Below are positions 12,001 through 24,000 of a stretch of DNA of 64,000 bases, piece by piece (positions within the stretch are counted from its first letter, which is position 1; the number at the start of each line of letters is the position of its first letter). This DNA comes from Phoronis australis (Eukaryota > Animalia > Phoronida), in NCBI GenBank assembly GCA_002633005.1, contig NMRA01000436.1, forward strand, positions 124,001-188,000, read 5' to 3'. A program made the position numbers and the translations under genes. The notes beneath the pieces are model-generated. The model did not search any database. It was not told where the DNA came from and worked only from the letters and a program-made list of their open reading frames with translations.

Positions 12001-15000
12001 AAAGTTGTGCCTAAAATTGTCAGAGTTGAGGAAACGAGCCTATCTCGATCGGTACAATGGCATTTCGTTTGTGTCCGGGCTATTGAATTGTCAAATTTAT
12101 GAAAAACAGTTTTAAAATTGTTTTTATATTCGTGAAAGAGTTTTTTTCCTTAACAGAGAGACTGGGAGAGATTGATGTATATCATAACTGTAGAACTTGT
12201 GAATGCTTGACTGAACGATGAAGAAATTGCATATGGGGCGGAAGATCTCAAACCAGCACGACGGCCTTGTCTAGAATATAGATCATATACTTTTTGAAAG
12301 TATATGTGGTCATTTGAAGATTGTGTCGTAATTTCTCCAAATGCTGGAGAGCACCAGTGTTGGCAAACTGATATATAACATCACAATAATCGATGTGTGG
12401 AAGTATAAAGGATTTGAACAGTACTTCTATATGTGTAGAATTCAGATGATGAGATAGGAGGTTAAGTGGATTATTTAGCCTCTGAATTTTTGTACGAGCT
12501 CCCGAACGTGTTTACCAAGATGTCTGTGCGACTATTTCTAGGAGTGATTTCATCATTAAGTTTAAGGTCATAGGATGGGTGCACAAAGAGAGAATTATTA
12601 GATTTGGAGAAGGTGAGGTCAACGCTTTTATTCTGGTTTAAAATCCATTCTCCATTCGTGTGATCAATAGCTGAGTTTATACAGGTCGTGTTGTAGCTGA
12701 AAAAAACTCCCAGGGCTGCCTCCTGCAAAGAGTTAAAAAAAGCGCCGAATCATCTGCATAAAGGTACGTGCCACAAGGCAGGTTGTCAGGAAGGTCATTC
12801 ATATATAGCATGAAGAGAAGAGGGCCTAATACGGTACCCTGCGGTACACCTGCGTTTACAAAGCCAGGCGATGATGTTGAAAGTATACGGTCGACACGAA
12901 CAGTGTATATACGACCAGAGAGATATGAGGTAATCATATTTAGAAGATTCCCAGTAATGCCATATGATCGAAGTTTGTGGAGTAGAAGGTCGTGAGGAAC
13001 ACAGTCGAAAGCAGAGGTAAAGATGGACTTGACACTCTCGCCCTTCTCAAAATGTAAACGAATCTCAGTACTATTTCAAAAAGTTGAGTCACGGTGCTGT
13101 TTCTAGGCAAAAATCCAAATTGACGAAGATAAATCGTGTTGTTTTGTTTGAGAAATGTAAGAATATTTTGAGCAATAACCTTCTCGAAGATTTTAGATAG
13201 TGTGTTGAAACCAATATCCTATTGGAAAGTATCAGTTTGAGATTTTCTAAGTTTGTTTGCGCTGTTATTCGCTATGATCAATATGATTTCCAACGAAGTT
13301 ACCATGACTTTAACAACCTTTTTACAAACTTCTTCCGCTACGTCTTCTTGGAAACATGGAATTATGGAACCTATACTCAAAGAAGACTCCAAAACTGAAG
13401 TTTCTAACTATCGCCCAATTGACAATTAACAAATGCAAGACCCAGCAAGAAAAATGTCTGAATTATGATATCTCAGAAAAGAATGACCTGGGCCCGGTCT
13501 CCAATCTTTTTACTCGGAATGGAACTCGAAATTAGGTTTGACATTTTCTACTCTACTTTTGGGCGAAATCAAGATAAGTGTCTATTATTCTATGCTCGAG
13601 TACACAATAACTTACGTAGATAATTTATTGTCCTTAGTTCAAAGTTTGTAAACCCAATATTAAAGCAATAAGTTCGAGTTTGATCTCGAAATTTCGAGTT
13701 TTTACTCGAGTTTGTAGCACGAATATAAGGGTCTTCAAGGGCAAACTTGAACTAGAAACTCCTATGCATAAACTATAATGTATTCGAGCACAGTATGATA
13801 GCCAATTATCTTAAGTTCACACAAAAGGAGCAGAGAAATTGCCAAAAATAGTTTCGAGTTCGTTTCGAGTACAAAGATTAGAGACCGGGCCCCGATTCAT
13901 AGAGAACTGTAACATATTGTACTTCATGCATTGTTCTACAAGGCGTTGCTAGGAATTGTTTTTAAAATGTTCCACATTTGCATTAGGATTTTTATTAGCG
14001 AATGAAAAAATGATAGAACAAATGCAAAGTGGTAATTGGCAAAACTGTAAGTTTTTGTGACATTCAGTACTAAAGCAAACGAAGGTCGCCCATTTTATTG
14101 AATCAGATACTTCCCATTGCTAAGAATGCATGTTTCGTTTTTGGTTAATCGACAAAAATAAGAGCAACATAGATGAGCTTTGGTATGCATGTCACATGTT
14201 AAAGAAAAGCTGTCTTTTGTGGTAAAATTGCCACGAAGGGCCCCGATAAGTAAACAATTGAAAGACACCGAACTTCACTTTTTAAGAAAAACGATAGGAT
14301 AAACAAATCAACTTCAAAATGCTGTTCACCGTTTGAATGTTCAACCTTTCTAAAAACGCCTTGTTTCAATCAAATCTGTTTTCACCGAAATCTTGATAAT
14401 GTGAAACGTTATTTGTGATTGAAAATTTTTTCTCATTTGCTGGTACGATTGATACACGTCTTAAAGGTTTGTCATAAGTGTATTATTAGAATGGACATCC
14501 GACGACTACCAACCGCGCGATTCGCTGATTATGCTTGAATAACAATATACATGTAGGCACAGAATACAGTTAACTTCTGCAATTTGTCAACTTCCACGTT
14601 GACAACAATTCAGGAAATAAACAACACCAAGAAGCCCACAGGAAAACAGACGTCACTTACGCGTGACAAAAGACATGTTTTCAGGAAAACTTCTGTTATA
14701 AAACGTCACTAGGTTTATGTGGATGTTTAGAAAATGGTTTGATTGCTGCGTAACAACAGTGAGACTCTTAATCGTTACATGTACGTGGGACACAGTGTCT
14801 ACACACAGCAGCGCCGGACTGCAGATAAAATCCAATTCTACCCATCGCACAAGACGACTTGTACCTGTAATGTGACACCAATAACGTGAACGTGACACCC
14901 GGTCAAAGTCATCTGTTACCCAGTGTACTTAATAAGTTTTAATAACTAAAACTGTTCTTGTAAAAGTACAATAGGACGGCTGTGGTTGCAGTACAGATTA

Positions 15001-18000
15001 TTGTACACACACTCGTTGCAGCGCCGTGCACCCGAAATGCTGACTGTCCTAGAAACTTTTTCGGTCGTGGTTCTAAACTTTTGATTTGATCAGATTGAGG
15101 TTATGCAGTTCGACTTGCTGTTATTCTTAGCCTTATCCCTGGTGCAAATCAGCCACTAATTCCAATAGCCCTGTCAAATCAACTGCAGTTAATTTGGCAA
15201 CGTGACGTTATAGGCCCCTTCACATGTACACGTTTATCCCGTAAATACTCGGAAACTCGCCCTTCTTCATTAGGGTTGCTCCAGCAAAATCCGTATGGGA
15301 CGGGGACGGCAGCTGAAATAAAAATTTATGGGTAGTTGTTTTCTGAAGGCAATACACATTATTTATGGGTGGTCCTTCATGAAGGTGTTTTGTCCCGCCG
15401 GTAAATGCTGATAGGTGGGTGTTTCCAACCGAACCGTGACCCACCTCACTACCAACTGAAAAAGAAAACTTTAAAACTCACCAAAAATTCACTTTGCAAA
15501 TAACCAAAAATATCCAAAATCAACAAGACAGGTCCATATTGCTAGTGTACAGTGTGCAATATGTAACTATGCCATTACTCAAGTCCACGGCAACTTGATT
15601 GCAGGCACACGTTGTATAGCCATATTAGAATGAGAATTACTGCAGCAATAAACTGGTGTTCACACAATGACATCTACGAAAATCTAATGAATTATTTAAT
15701 AAAAGGTATGAGGAGTCGGAGAGACAAGTTCCAATATTCACTTGTCATTGCATCCTAAAAGCAATCGCGGAAACACTTTGAGATTCGTGGATTCATGAAA
15801 TTGATAAAACTCTTATTGAATTTAGACACCTACATGTATAGTGGACAGAGACAACCGGTGGCGGCCTATGTGGACAGAGACAACCGGTGGCGGCCTAAAG
15901 TATTGCTCACAGGTGTCTTTGAAAAGCAAGTTTTTGGAAACTGACTCGAGTTAAGATATAACATGGAGTTTTTCTGCACTCACAACAACATTTGTGGTCG
16001 CATATAGTCGGCATCCCTTCCGTCCGTTCGTCCGTCCGTCCATCTGTCCGTTGGTAGGTCCGTCTGTAGTTACCATTTATTTTCCGTCAATTGTCTCAAG
16101 AACCGTTTAGAGGTACTTGGTGGAGATGCACCAGCACCAGTCGGTTTTCGGACGGATTTGGCTACCGTTGTACCTAATGTTGGCCGTTTTAGTTTTCGGC
16201 AAGCCATTCCTTGTCACTGCGTCGATTATCTCAAAAACTGCTTGGCGGATCACGATGAAATTCAAAACAGACGTATACGGCAAGAATACGTCCGCACCAG
16301 TCAATTTTTGGACGGATTCAACTACTGTGGCACCCCTGTCAGTTTTCGACTGCTCAAGTCATTTCATGTCCACCGATTATCTTGAAACCGCTTAACGAAT
16401 CATAATATTTGGCATGGCGATAGATTGCGAGGATGCCTCGGCACCAGTCGATTTGCGGACAGATTTGGCAAGGGCAGCACCACTGTTGGCCAATGGGGTG
16501 GGTCGAGTTTTACGGCAGGTTTGTGGATTAAATGGGAAGTGATTGTTGCAAATGGTATTCGGCAGTTCCTTGAAGTTGCTTTGAGTTATCTGAGTCCAGA
16601 AATTTAGCCGGTGCTCTTGTCTACTGAGATACGGAAGTGCCGCCAGTTTGAGAGCACAGCCTTGTTGAGTCTTGAATTCTTGGCGGGAATCCAGACTCCC
16701 GTTCAATAACGCTAGGATCTCGCTAAAAAGCAAGATTTCGCGAGATTACGTGAGATATTGCCGTGTATCGAAAATAAGAACACGTGACTTTAGTTAGATT
16801 TTTGCTACGTCCTACTGATGGCCCTAGCGTTACTGAACGCACGCCCTGTCAAAAATCTGGTTGGTAATGACATATCTTAATCTGAATATTATTATTGTCT
16901 ATTTATTATAGTGACATAAGGGTGTCAGTAAATAAAATCTCAAAGACAGCATATTCACCCCCCCCCCCCCCCCANCTGAATGGGCTTACTCAGTCACCTA
17001 ATAAAATTTAAACCATGTAACATAACGGTAATATAAATGTATTGCACACACTCAAATATGACCACTTCAGACTAGTTTGTAAAAAAATACTTACTTCTAA
17101 CCTGCAAAGCGTCTTGATTGAATTTCGCTAGACCTTTCAAGTTATTTTGGAATATTTGAGGTAGGGCAGAATCCCGTATCAAAATTGGTCAAATATGAAT
17201 ACATTTCTCACAATCAAAGATGAAATGAACTTCATCTTCAATTTAGTTTTTAAAAACACGACAAATCCGTTCATTCAGAGGAATTCCAAAGTACCGCCCC
17301 ACCTCAACTTCTAATGGGAGAATACCTGCTCTCAATCGAGCTACATGTATGACGGACCTCTGAGACACCGGCAGACGCAAATACTCTTCTACACAATAGT
17401 CGTTCTTAAAGGAGAATGCCACCCGATTTAATTAGTCTTTTTTGCCATCTTAATCGGTCTATATCCACATCGCCTAGCATACAGTCGACCTTACCTTGCC
17501 AAGAGGTGTCGCATTAACCTGTTAGGAAGGTGAGAAACGACGCTAGCGACGTCGGTGGTTCATATGCAGAGTGAATGCCGCTATATTGCGGTGCATCGTT
17601 CCCGCTTGTCCGAACTAAGCAGCTGCGAGGAAAGCAGGTATATCGTTTTTTTTACTTCCTCGAGAAACCTAAATGCTTAGGAAGTGGCTCATGGTAGTGA
17701 AGAATGAAATGTACGCTGCAAATAGCAAGTATGAGGCCGTGAAACATCTCCGTGTCTGTGGCCTGCAGACGTCGACAGTGCCTCACGAATGCCGGCTTAC
17801 CAAATAACTCCGTACGTTCCGTTGTCTGAGCTTGTTCACGGCGCCTCTCAAGTATTTCTTCATCACTGTATTCCTGTTCGAATTGATAGCCTGTAAAACT
17901 TAACGATCCACCAGCGAAGTTGGGACTGATGAGCTCAAGCTCGTCCTAAGTCGGGATTGCGAGTTACCATGTTGGCGTTTATTACTGAGAGTTCTGTTTC

Positions 18001-21000
18001 AAAATGAACCATTCTCACCCTAACCAATACTTATATAAAACTGAAACAAAGTCTGTCTCATTAGATGCAATTTGTAACGCCTTTGGAGTTTTCGTGAGAG
18101 CAAATGATTTGAGAAGCCAGCAATGAATAAATCACTGCGTTACCGGCTTTAGGTGCACCTCGGAGGCCGTGTGAGCTCCTGCTACATGTAATTTAGTGTT
18201 TGCTGGCAGAAACTGTCGTGAAACAACTCGATTTCCATCCCACGGCCAGGTGTTAGGGGAGTATTTATTTACATTTACATTACTCAAATTGTGATTGTCA
18301 ATGTACAACTTCTGCCCTGACGGTGCTGTGGCCAAAGCGGTACCTGAATTCGCGGCCTCCGACGAGTAAGTGGATTTGCAATTTCGTAGCTAATTCACCA
18401 ACATAATCACGTGCACATTACTTTGGCTCACTAGTATAGTATTTTCTTGACTGGAAGTTTAGTTTCCACTGAACTTTGGCTGGTTTATGTCCGTGATATC
18501 TGATCAGTTACCGAGCCACTGGCCGGGATGAGTCAATCCGGCCGGCCGCGACGGGCCTGATCGGGCTCCGAGCCACTGGCCAGGATAACAAGCGTTTTGT
18601 GTTTAGAACTCAAAAAATCACAAGTCTAAACAACATTGATTTAGGCTCTCCTGTCTGTATCTCAAGGAAAATACTTTGAAATTATCTCCGAACACACCCC
18701 AAACTCCTGCTACGGATTGGCCTGCCGAACTTTGTAGGCCGGTTCGAATCTGCGCTGTGGCTGATTTCACAATATTAAGTTCTCGCAGATGATGTCAACC
18801 CTACCAACACGTCACGCAGTACACAGAGCATTAGGAGAGACAACATTCCCATCCTTCAAGTCAAAAATAAATATCAATCAGACCTAGACTAAACAATATC
18901 TATATCTGTCATTCCACAGCGTCACCCGAGTCGATCATATGAACGGCTGAACTGGTCGCAGTGCAAGAAAAAATCCATTGCATTAATCCATACGGGAGAT
19001 TTGCGCAGATAAGCCAGAGGCATATTCATTTGTCGGAAAGCGAAGTTGAAAGGACCAGCCGTGAAAGGACCAGGAAGTGACAAATATACTCCAGTGTATA
19101 GTGGTAAATGGCACGCAAATTAAAACACATGTGTTTCATTGTACCCACGGATAGTTGATTGTTGAAAATTCGATTGGACCGGAAATGGATTTGGCGTCCA
19201 TTTCCTATGAAAGTGGAGAAAGTTCTAGGATTTAACCATACATATTTTTTCCAAAATACACGACATGGTTGGACAGTTTTCCTTATATAAGCCCACTGGG
19301 CGTACTACTGATAGACATGTTTGCAGAAAACTCTAGTATACAGAACGAAGACCACCAGATACCTAGAGACCAGGGGCCTGGGTTGCATAAAACTTCAAAA
19401 TTATCCGTACACCAATAACAACGTGGCGCGTGATAATGCGACGTCATTGTTGCTATACAGGGTAGAACTTTTATGCAACTGGGCCCTGGCGTACTTCGCC
19501 ATGTTGCCGACACATTGAGAAAATACCGCATTGTAAGTCTGCCACTTGTTAACAGGCCAGGGGAACTCGATTGCGCGTTTCCAAGCCTGTAAGTTGTTAA
19601 CACGTTCGGGCGAACGGGTATTGAAGAGAAGTATGATTCCCGAGCAAATGAACAGTCACATCATCAAGATACTATCACGGATTACAAGAAGCTTGATTAC
19701 TCAGGTACTTAGGCACAGTAGCAAATAACACAAACAGATTGAGATTCGGGAATGATTAGAATCCCATGGCAGTGGCGGATCTAGGATATCACAAGGGGGG
19801 GGGCCCAACATTTTGTCCGGGTGTAAGCATTTGCGCAAACTGAACCACGATTGTAGATGAGCATAGCACCGTATGGGGGGAGGTCGGGAGGGGGGTTTGC
19901 CCCCCTCCCGCTCAGGAAATTTTTCTGTTTTTACCTCTAAAAATCAAGCATTTTCCTTGATTCCTGAAGTATTATCCAAGAAAAAAGGAAAAAAAAAACA
20001 AAACACGAAGAACGTGTCAAACAGGAAAAACTGGACGTACCAAAGACTCGAACCCATGACCTGGCGGATAGCGAGCGCGTGCGTTACCACTACACCACCA
20101 CGACTTAACTACAAATCTGACACTAAAAGACCTACTTGTTTATGGTCCACAGCGTTTGCGCGCGAAACCTACTTCTTTTCGTAATGCTTATTACACGTTT
20201 TATATTTTGTGCCATCAATTGTTAACAAATTTTTCGTATTTAAAATAGTCTTCAAATGCCCAAAAGACCAAATCCGTTTTTCGTGTTGGCAATAATGACG
20301 GGATTGCTTTGGAAATCGTCTTAAGATAAGGTTTGACAAAGAGAGTATTGCGAGTTTCTGAGTGATTCAATTAGGATTCGATTAAAATTCACATCTTACC
20401 AGCAGCTTCTGTTTTTTCATCGTCACTCAGGTTCCATTCTCTTTAAAAAATGAAGTAAATTTTCTTCGTTGCACAGTGGAGCAGACGACGAAAACGGAGT
20501 CCGGTAGTGCGCAGCGCCACTGCCGGTCGCCTGGGATATCGCGGGAGAGCCTAAACTTAGCCATAGCTCCCTTACGAATGCGCCGTGTTCCGAATTTGAC
20601 ACTTGAAATTGGGTTTGAGCCCCCCCCCCNNNNNNNNNNNNNNNNNNNNNNNNNNNNNNNNNNNNNNNNNNNNNNNNNNNNNNNNNNNNNNNNNNNNNNN
20701 NCCGGGCCCCCTGGCCCCCCCCCCTAAATCCGCCTATGCATGGATAAGAACCCTGTGGCTGAGTGTTACTGACCTGTTAACGACGTGGTGAGACATTTTT
20801 TTTTCAGAGGTAACACACCGCACATGACTTAAGTGCCGTTTACACTACAAAGTTGACACGGATCAGCTTACACGGAACGAGATATTCCAGCGCAAGTATG
20901 TTTGTAAACTGGATTGACACAGAGCAAATTGACACCGCGGTGTCAACTTTTGACACCCGTTTTTTGTGAGGCAGAGAATTTTGCGCTCCGTGTCAGTTAT

Positions 21001-24000
21001 GTGTCTAAACGCAAAATTGGGGCAAGGCGGAAAGGATCATCTCTACTGCGCTTGTGCAATGACCTACATACGGAATCTCCTTCTCTGTAACTTCCGCCAT
21101 TTGTAAACCTGCGCATGGTTGTTCCACTCTCCAGCCTACAACTTCTTGCCACAGTTAGTGAGTTGACACCGATCAGTTTGCTCCGTGTCAGTTGCGCCGG
21201 ACCAAAAGTTGATGTCTAAACGGGACTTTAGACTACTCGCAGCTTTTTTGGCGCTTTCATTTTGTACAAATCATGAACATCTGTTACCACGAAAAATACC
21301 CAGCCAACAGAGTTCTTTGGCATTACGTCAGTTTGTACGTTCACTTCCGGTGATTTGGCTGGCTAATTGGATTTTGAATTTAGTGACTGCTTAAGGCCAC
21401 TGCACCAGTGATATAAATACATAAATAACATCAAATAACACCAATTTGGATCATCAATATCTCAGTCTGATCAAGTCAAAATGTTAGAACTGGTGCAAAT
21501 CAAACTACCATAACTCTGACGAAGGTTAGACAAACGACCTGTTGAATACATCTATAAAGCAAGTAATTTCAAGCCTGCTGTTGTAGCCTAGGAAGTTTAC
21601 GGGTCAATCTGCTATTACAGGCCTGCGTGTATAAGGGAGTCCGCATAGTCACTGGCCTTCAGTTGCATTCAACAAATATCTGAGAAATAACGGCGATAAT
21701 TAGCTATCTTCGATAAAATCACAAAAACACGACAGTTGTTTTCTTAGCTCTGTTCAAAAGTCAAGAAGTCTGTCACATCCAACAACAATCCAAATATTCG
21801 TTTTTCGACTGTAAAACCGATAATGATATTAATCTAAAACCTGCATTTCGCTATATTTTGCTGCCTCCAAAACGAAAATCGAATTAGGCTTTTCTTCTCA
21901 TAAAACAAGACCCATTATATTATGCGCTGAGACAGGATTCGATTTAAGTTATCAGCCGAAGCCACAGGCTTTGCCTCCTGACGACCAGGACACTTGTCAG
22001 TAGATGACTCACGGATGAACGGGCATTATTTTGCTCAACATTTCCGACCGCCATCTGTGTACTTCCGGTCGTATTTTGAGAGCGTGCTCGGGTGTTTACC
22101 TGGCAACCTCGTGACCACTTGTGATTTTTACCAGGTCGCTAAACAACATCTGATATCGAACTGCACGTGCATGAACAAATAGCTCATTAAGATGCTAAAA
22201 TGACGACCCCTTAGTGTCAGTCACAGCGACAGTGTGTCCGGAAGGCGATTTACTCCAATGAAGCTTGAAAACACCTTTGGAATGTTCCACTTCTAACACG
22301 AGGCATTATCCAAAACTAAAGACTTCAAGGATTGTTTTAATACAAAAAAATGTTTCATCAAACAAGACTATTATTTAAACTCTCAGCAGTGCTTTTGATG
22401 TTTCATCATGAACATTTATACCAGATGAAATCGATTACCAAAATATTTTTAACATTAATCACAATAATAATAACACAGTAGAAAGACAGAAATCCACAAT
22501 GACACATCACAAACGCAAGCACACATTTCTCCGACTGAAAACTCAATTTCGCAAACCAAAAACACCAAATGTACTTTTCTCACCTGCATTTCCTTTAAAG
22601 AGGAAAAATGCAGACCATCTTTGGAGAAAAATGTCTCCTGATCCATATTTACTATAATTTTATTTTTCGAATATGCAATAAATTCTAATTCTTTTCTGAA
22701 AGTGTTACAGATGGAGGTTCTACTTTCAACTTTCAACAGTATATATGCTTTCTGGCCAAAGCACGATAAGATTTAAAAGTTCATTCGCTTTTCCAGTTTT
22801 ACCAAATAAACAGTAACAGTCTGAAAATCTATAGACGTTTTTTTGCGTGAATATAATATTCAGCTATTCTTTCTTAAATGGCTTAACAAGTGTGCAACCC
22901 CAAAATAAATGTTCTAAATTTTCAGGTTCATTCCTACACAAAGTATATCGGTCAGTTGGAGAAATACCAATTTGCATTAATAAGTTATTTATTGCTAAAT
23001 TGTATGTACAATTTTCATTTGAAACTGTCCGAGTCAAACATTTGCAGGCGATGTCATTAAGGTGGTTTAACAAAACCAGGTTTAAGACTTAACATTGGTC
23101 TTCCTAAACCTGGTATGTTAGACCTAGCTTGCATTTCACCAGCATGGTTTAAAAGTCTGAAAGCCTGGTTTTGTTAGACCATAAAGTGGGTTTAGTAATA
23201 CCAATTAAAGTATCCAAACCACCCTACTGTTCTGATCCCCATTAACCCAACAAAGAAACAATTGAAGTGCTTCAATGAAACCTTGATCAAGTGTGTACCC
23301 AATGGCACACAGCAGTAGAACCAGTGCAGACATTCGCGAAATAGGGCTACAAGCTTTTCTCACGAGGAAAAATGTTCCCTCCCATAACTTATCAGAGAAA
23401 AAGCCAATGTCAAAGTCCAAATCAAGTCAATGTAAGCAGCAGGCTTGGAGAGATATTGCTCCAGAATAAAGGCCAGAAAGAAAATTTCATCAGTGAAAAA
23501 TTTGCCCAGAAAAATCATGGTGAAGGATCCAGTGGCAGATCTAGGATATCATGAGATATTTTGTATTTTGTATTATCTTTGTGCAACACAAGTGCACACA
23601 TTAAAGTACTTGCTCTGGATTACCGGTAACATACTAAATGCACTCATTTATTTCCGGGTTGTTTTACTTTTTTGCGGCCAAAGGGGGAGCACAAGAGCGG
23701 ATCCAGCATTTTGAGTTTGGGGGGCCAGGGCAGAATATTAGCCAGGATTTTGCCCATCAGACATTCGCACCCCCGAACTGTCAAATGGAATCTAAGAGAA
23801 TCTAAGGGGGGCCATGGCCCCCTTGGCCCCCTTCTAAATCCACCAATGAGGCAGAACCCCGGCCCGGCAACCTTAAATTGGGGACCAAATGAGATGGAAA
23901 TAGGTCAGAATAATCATTATATGCCTTTTTAGTCATGCGCGTAGAGCTTGCCACGATGACGATAGAACCGTTATATTATGAGGAATCCGAAGGACACCCT

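Noticed and set aside
14650-14900. Possible nested exon or first exon (minus-strand GTAAGT donor, CpG-richer patch)
   Set aside because: There is no coding similarity, acceptor or partner exon to support it.
9447-20100. Two tRNA-like segments as genuine tRNA genes
   Set aside because: The acceptor and anticodon stems do not pair; they are treated as pseudo-tRNA modules inside repeats.
21300-21600. Penelope-like solo pLTR with a hammerhead core (TATAAATA, then CTGACGA-stem-GAAT)
   Set aside because: The catalytic GAAA is broken and stems I and III are not evident; an Infernal search would be needed.
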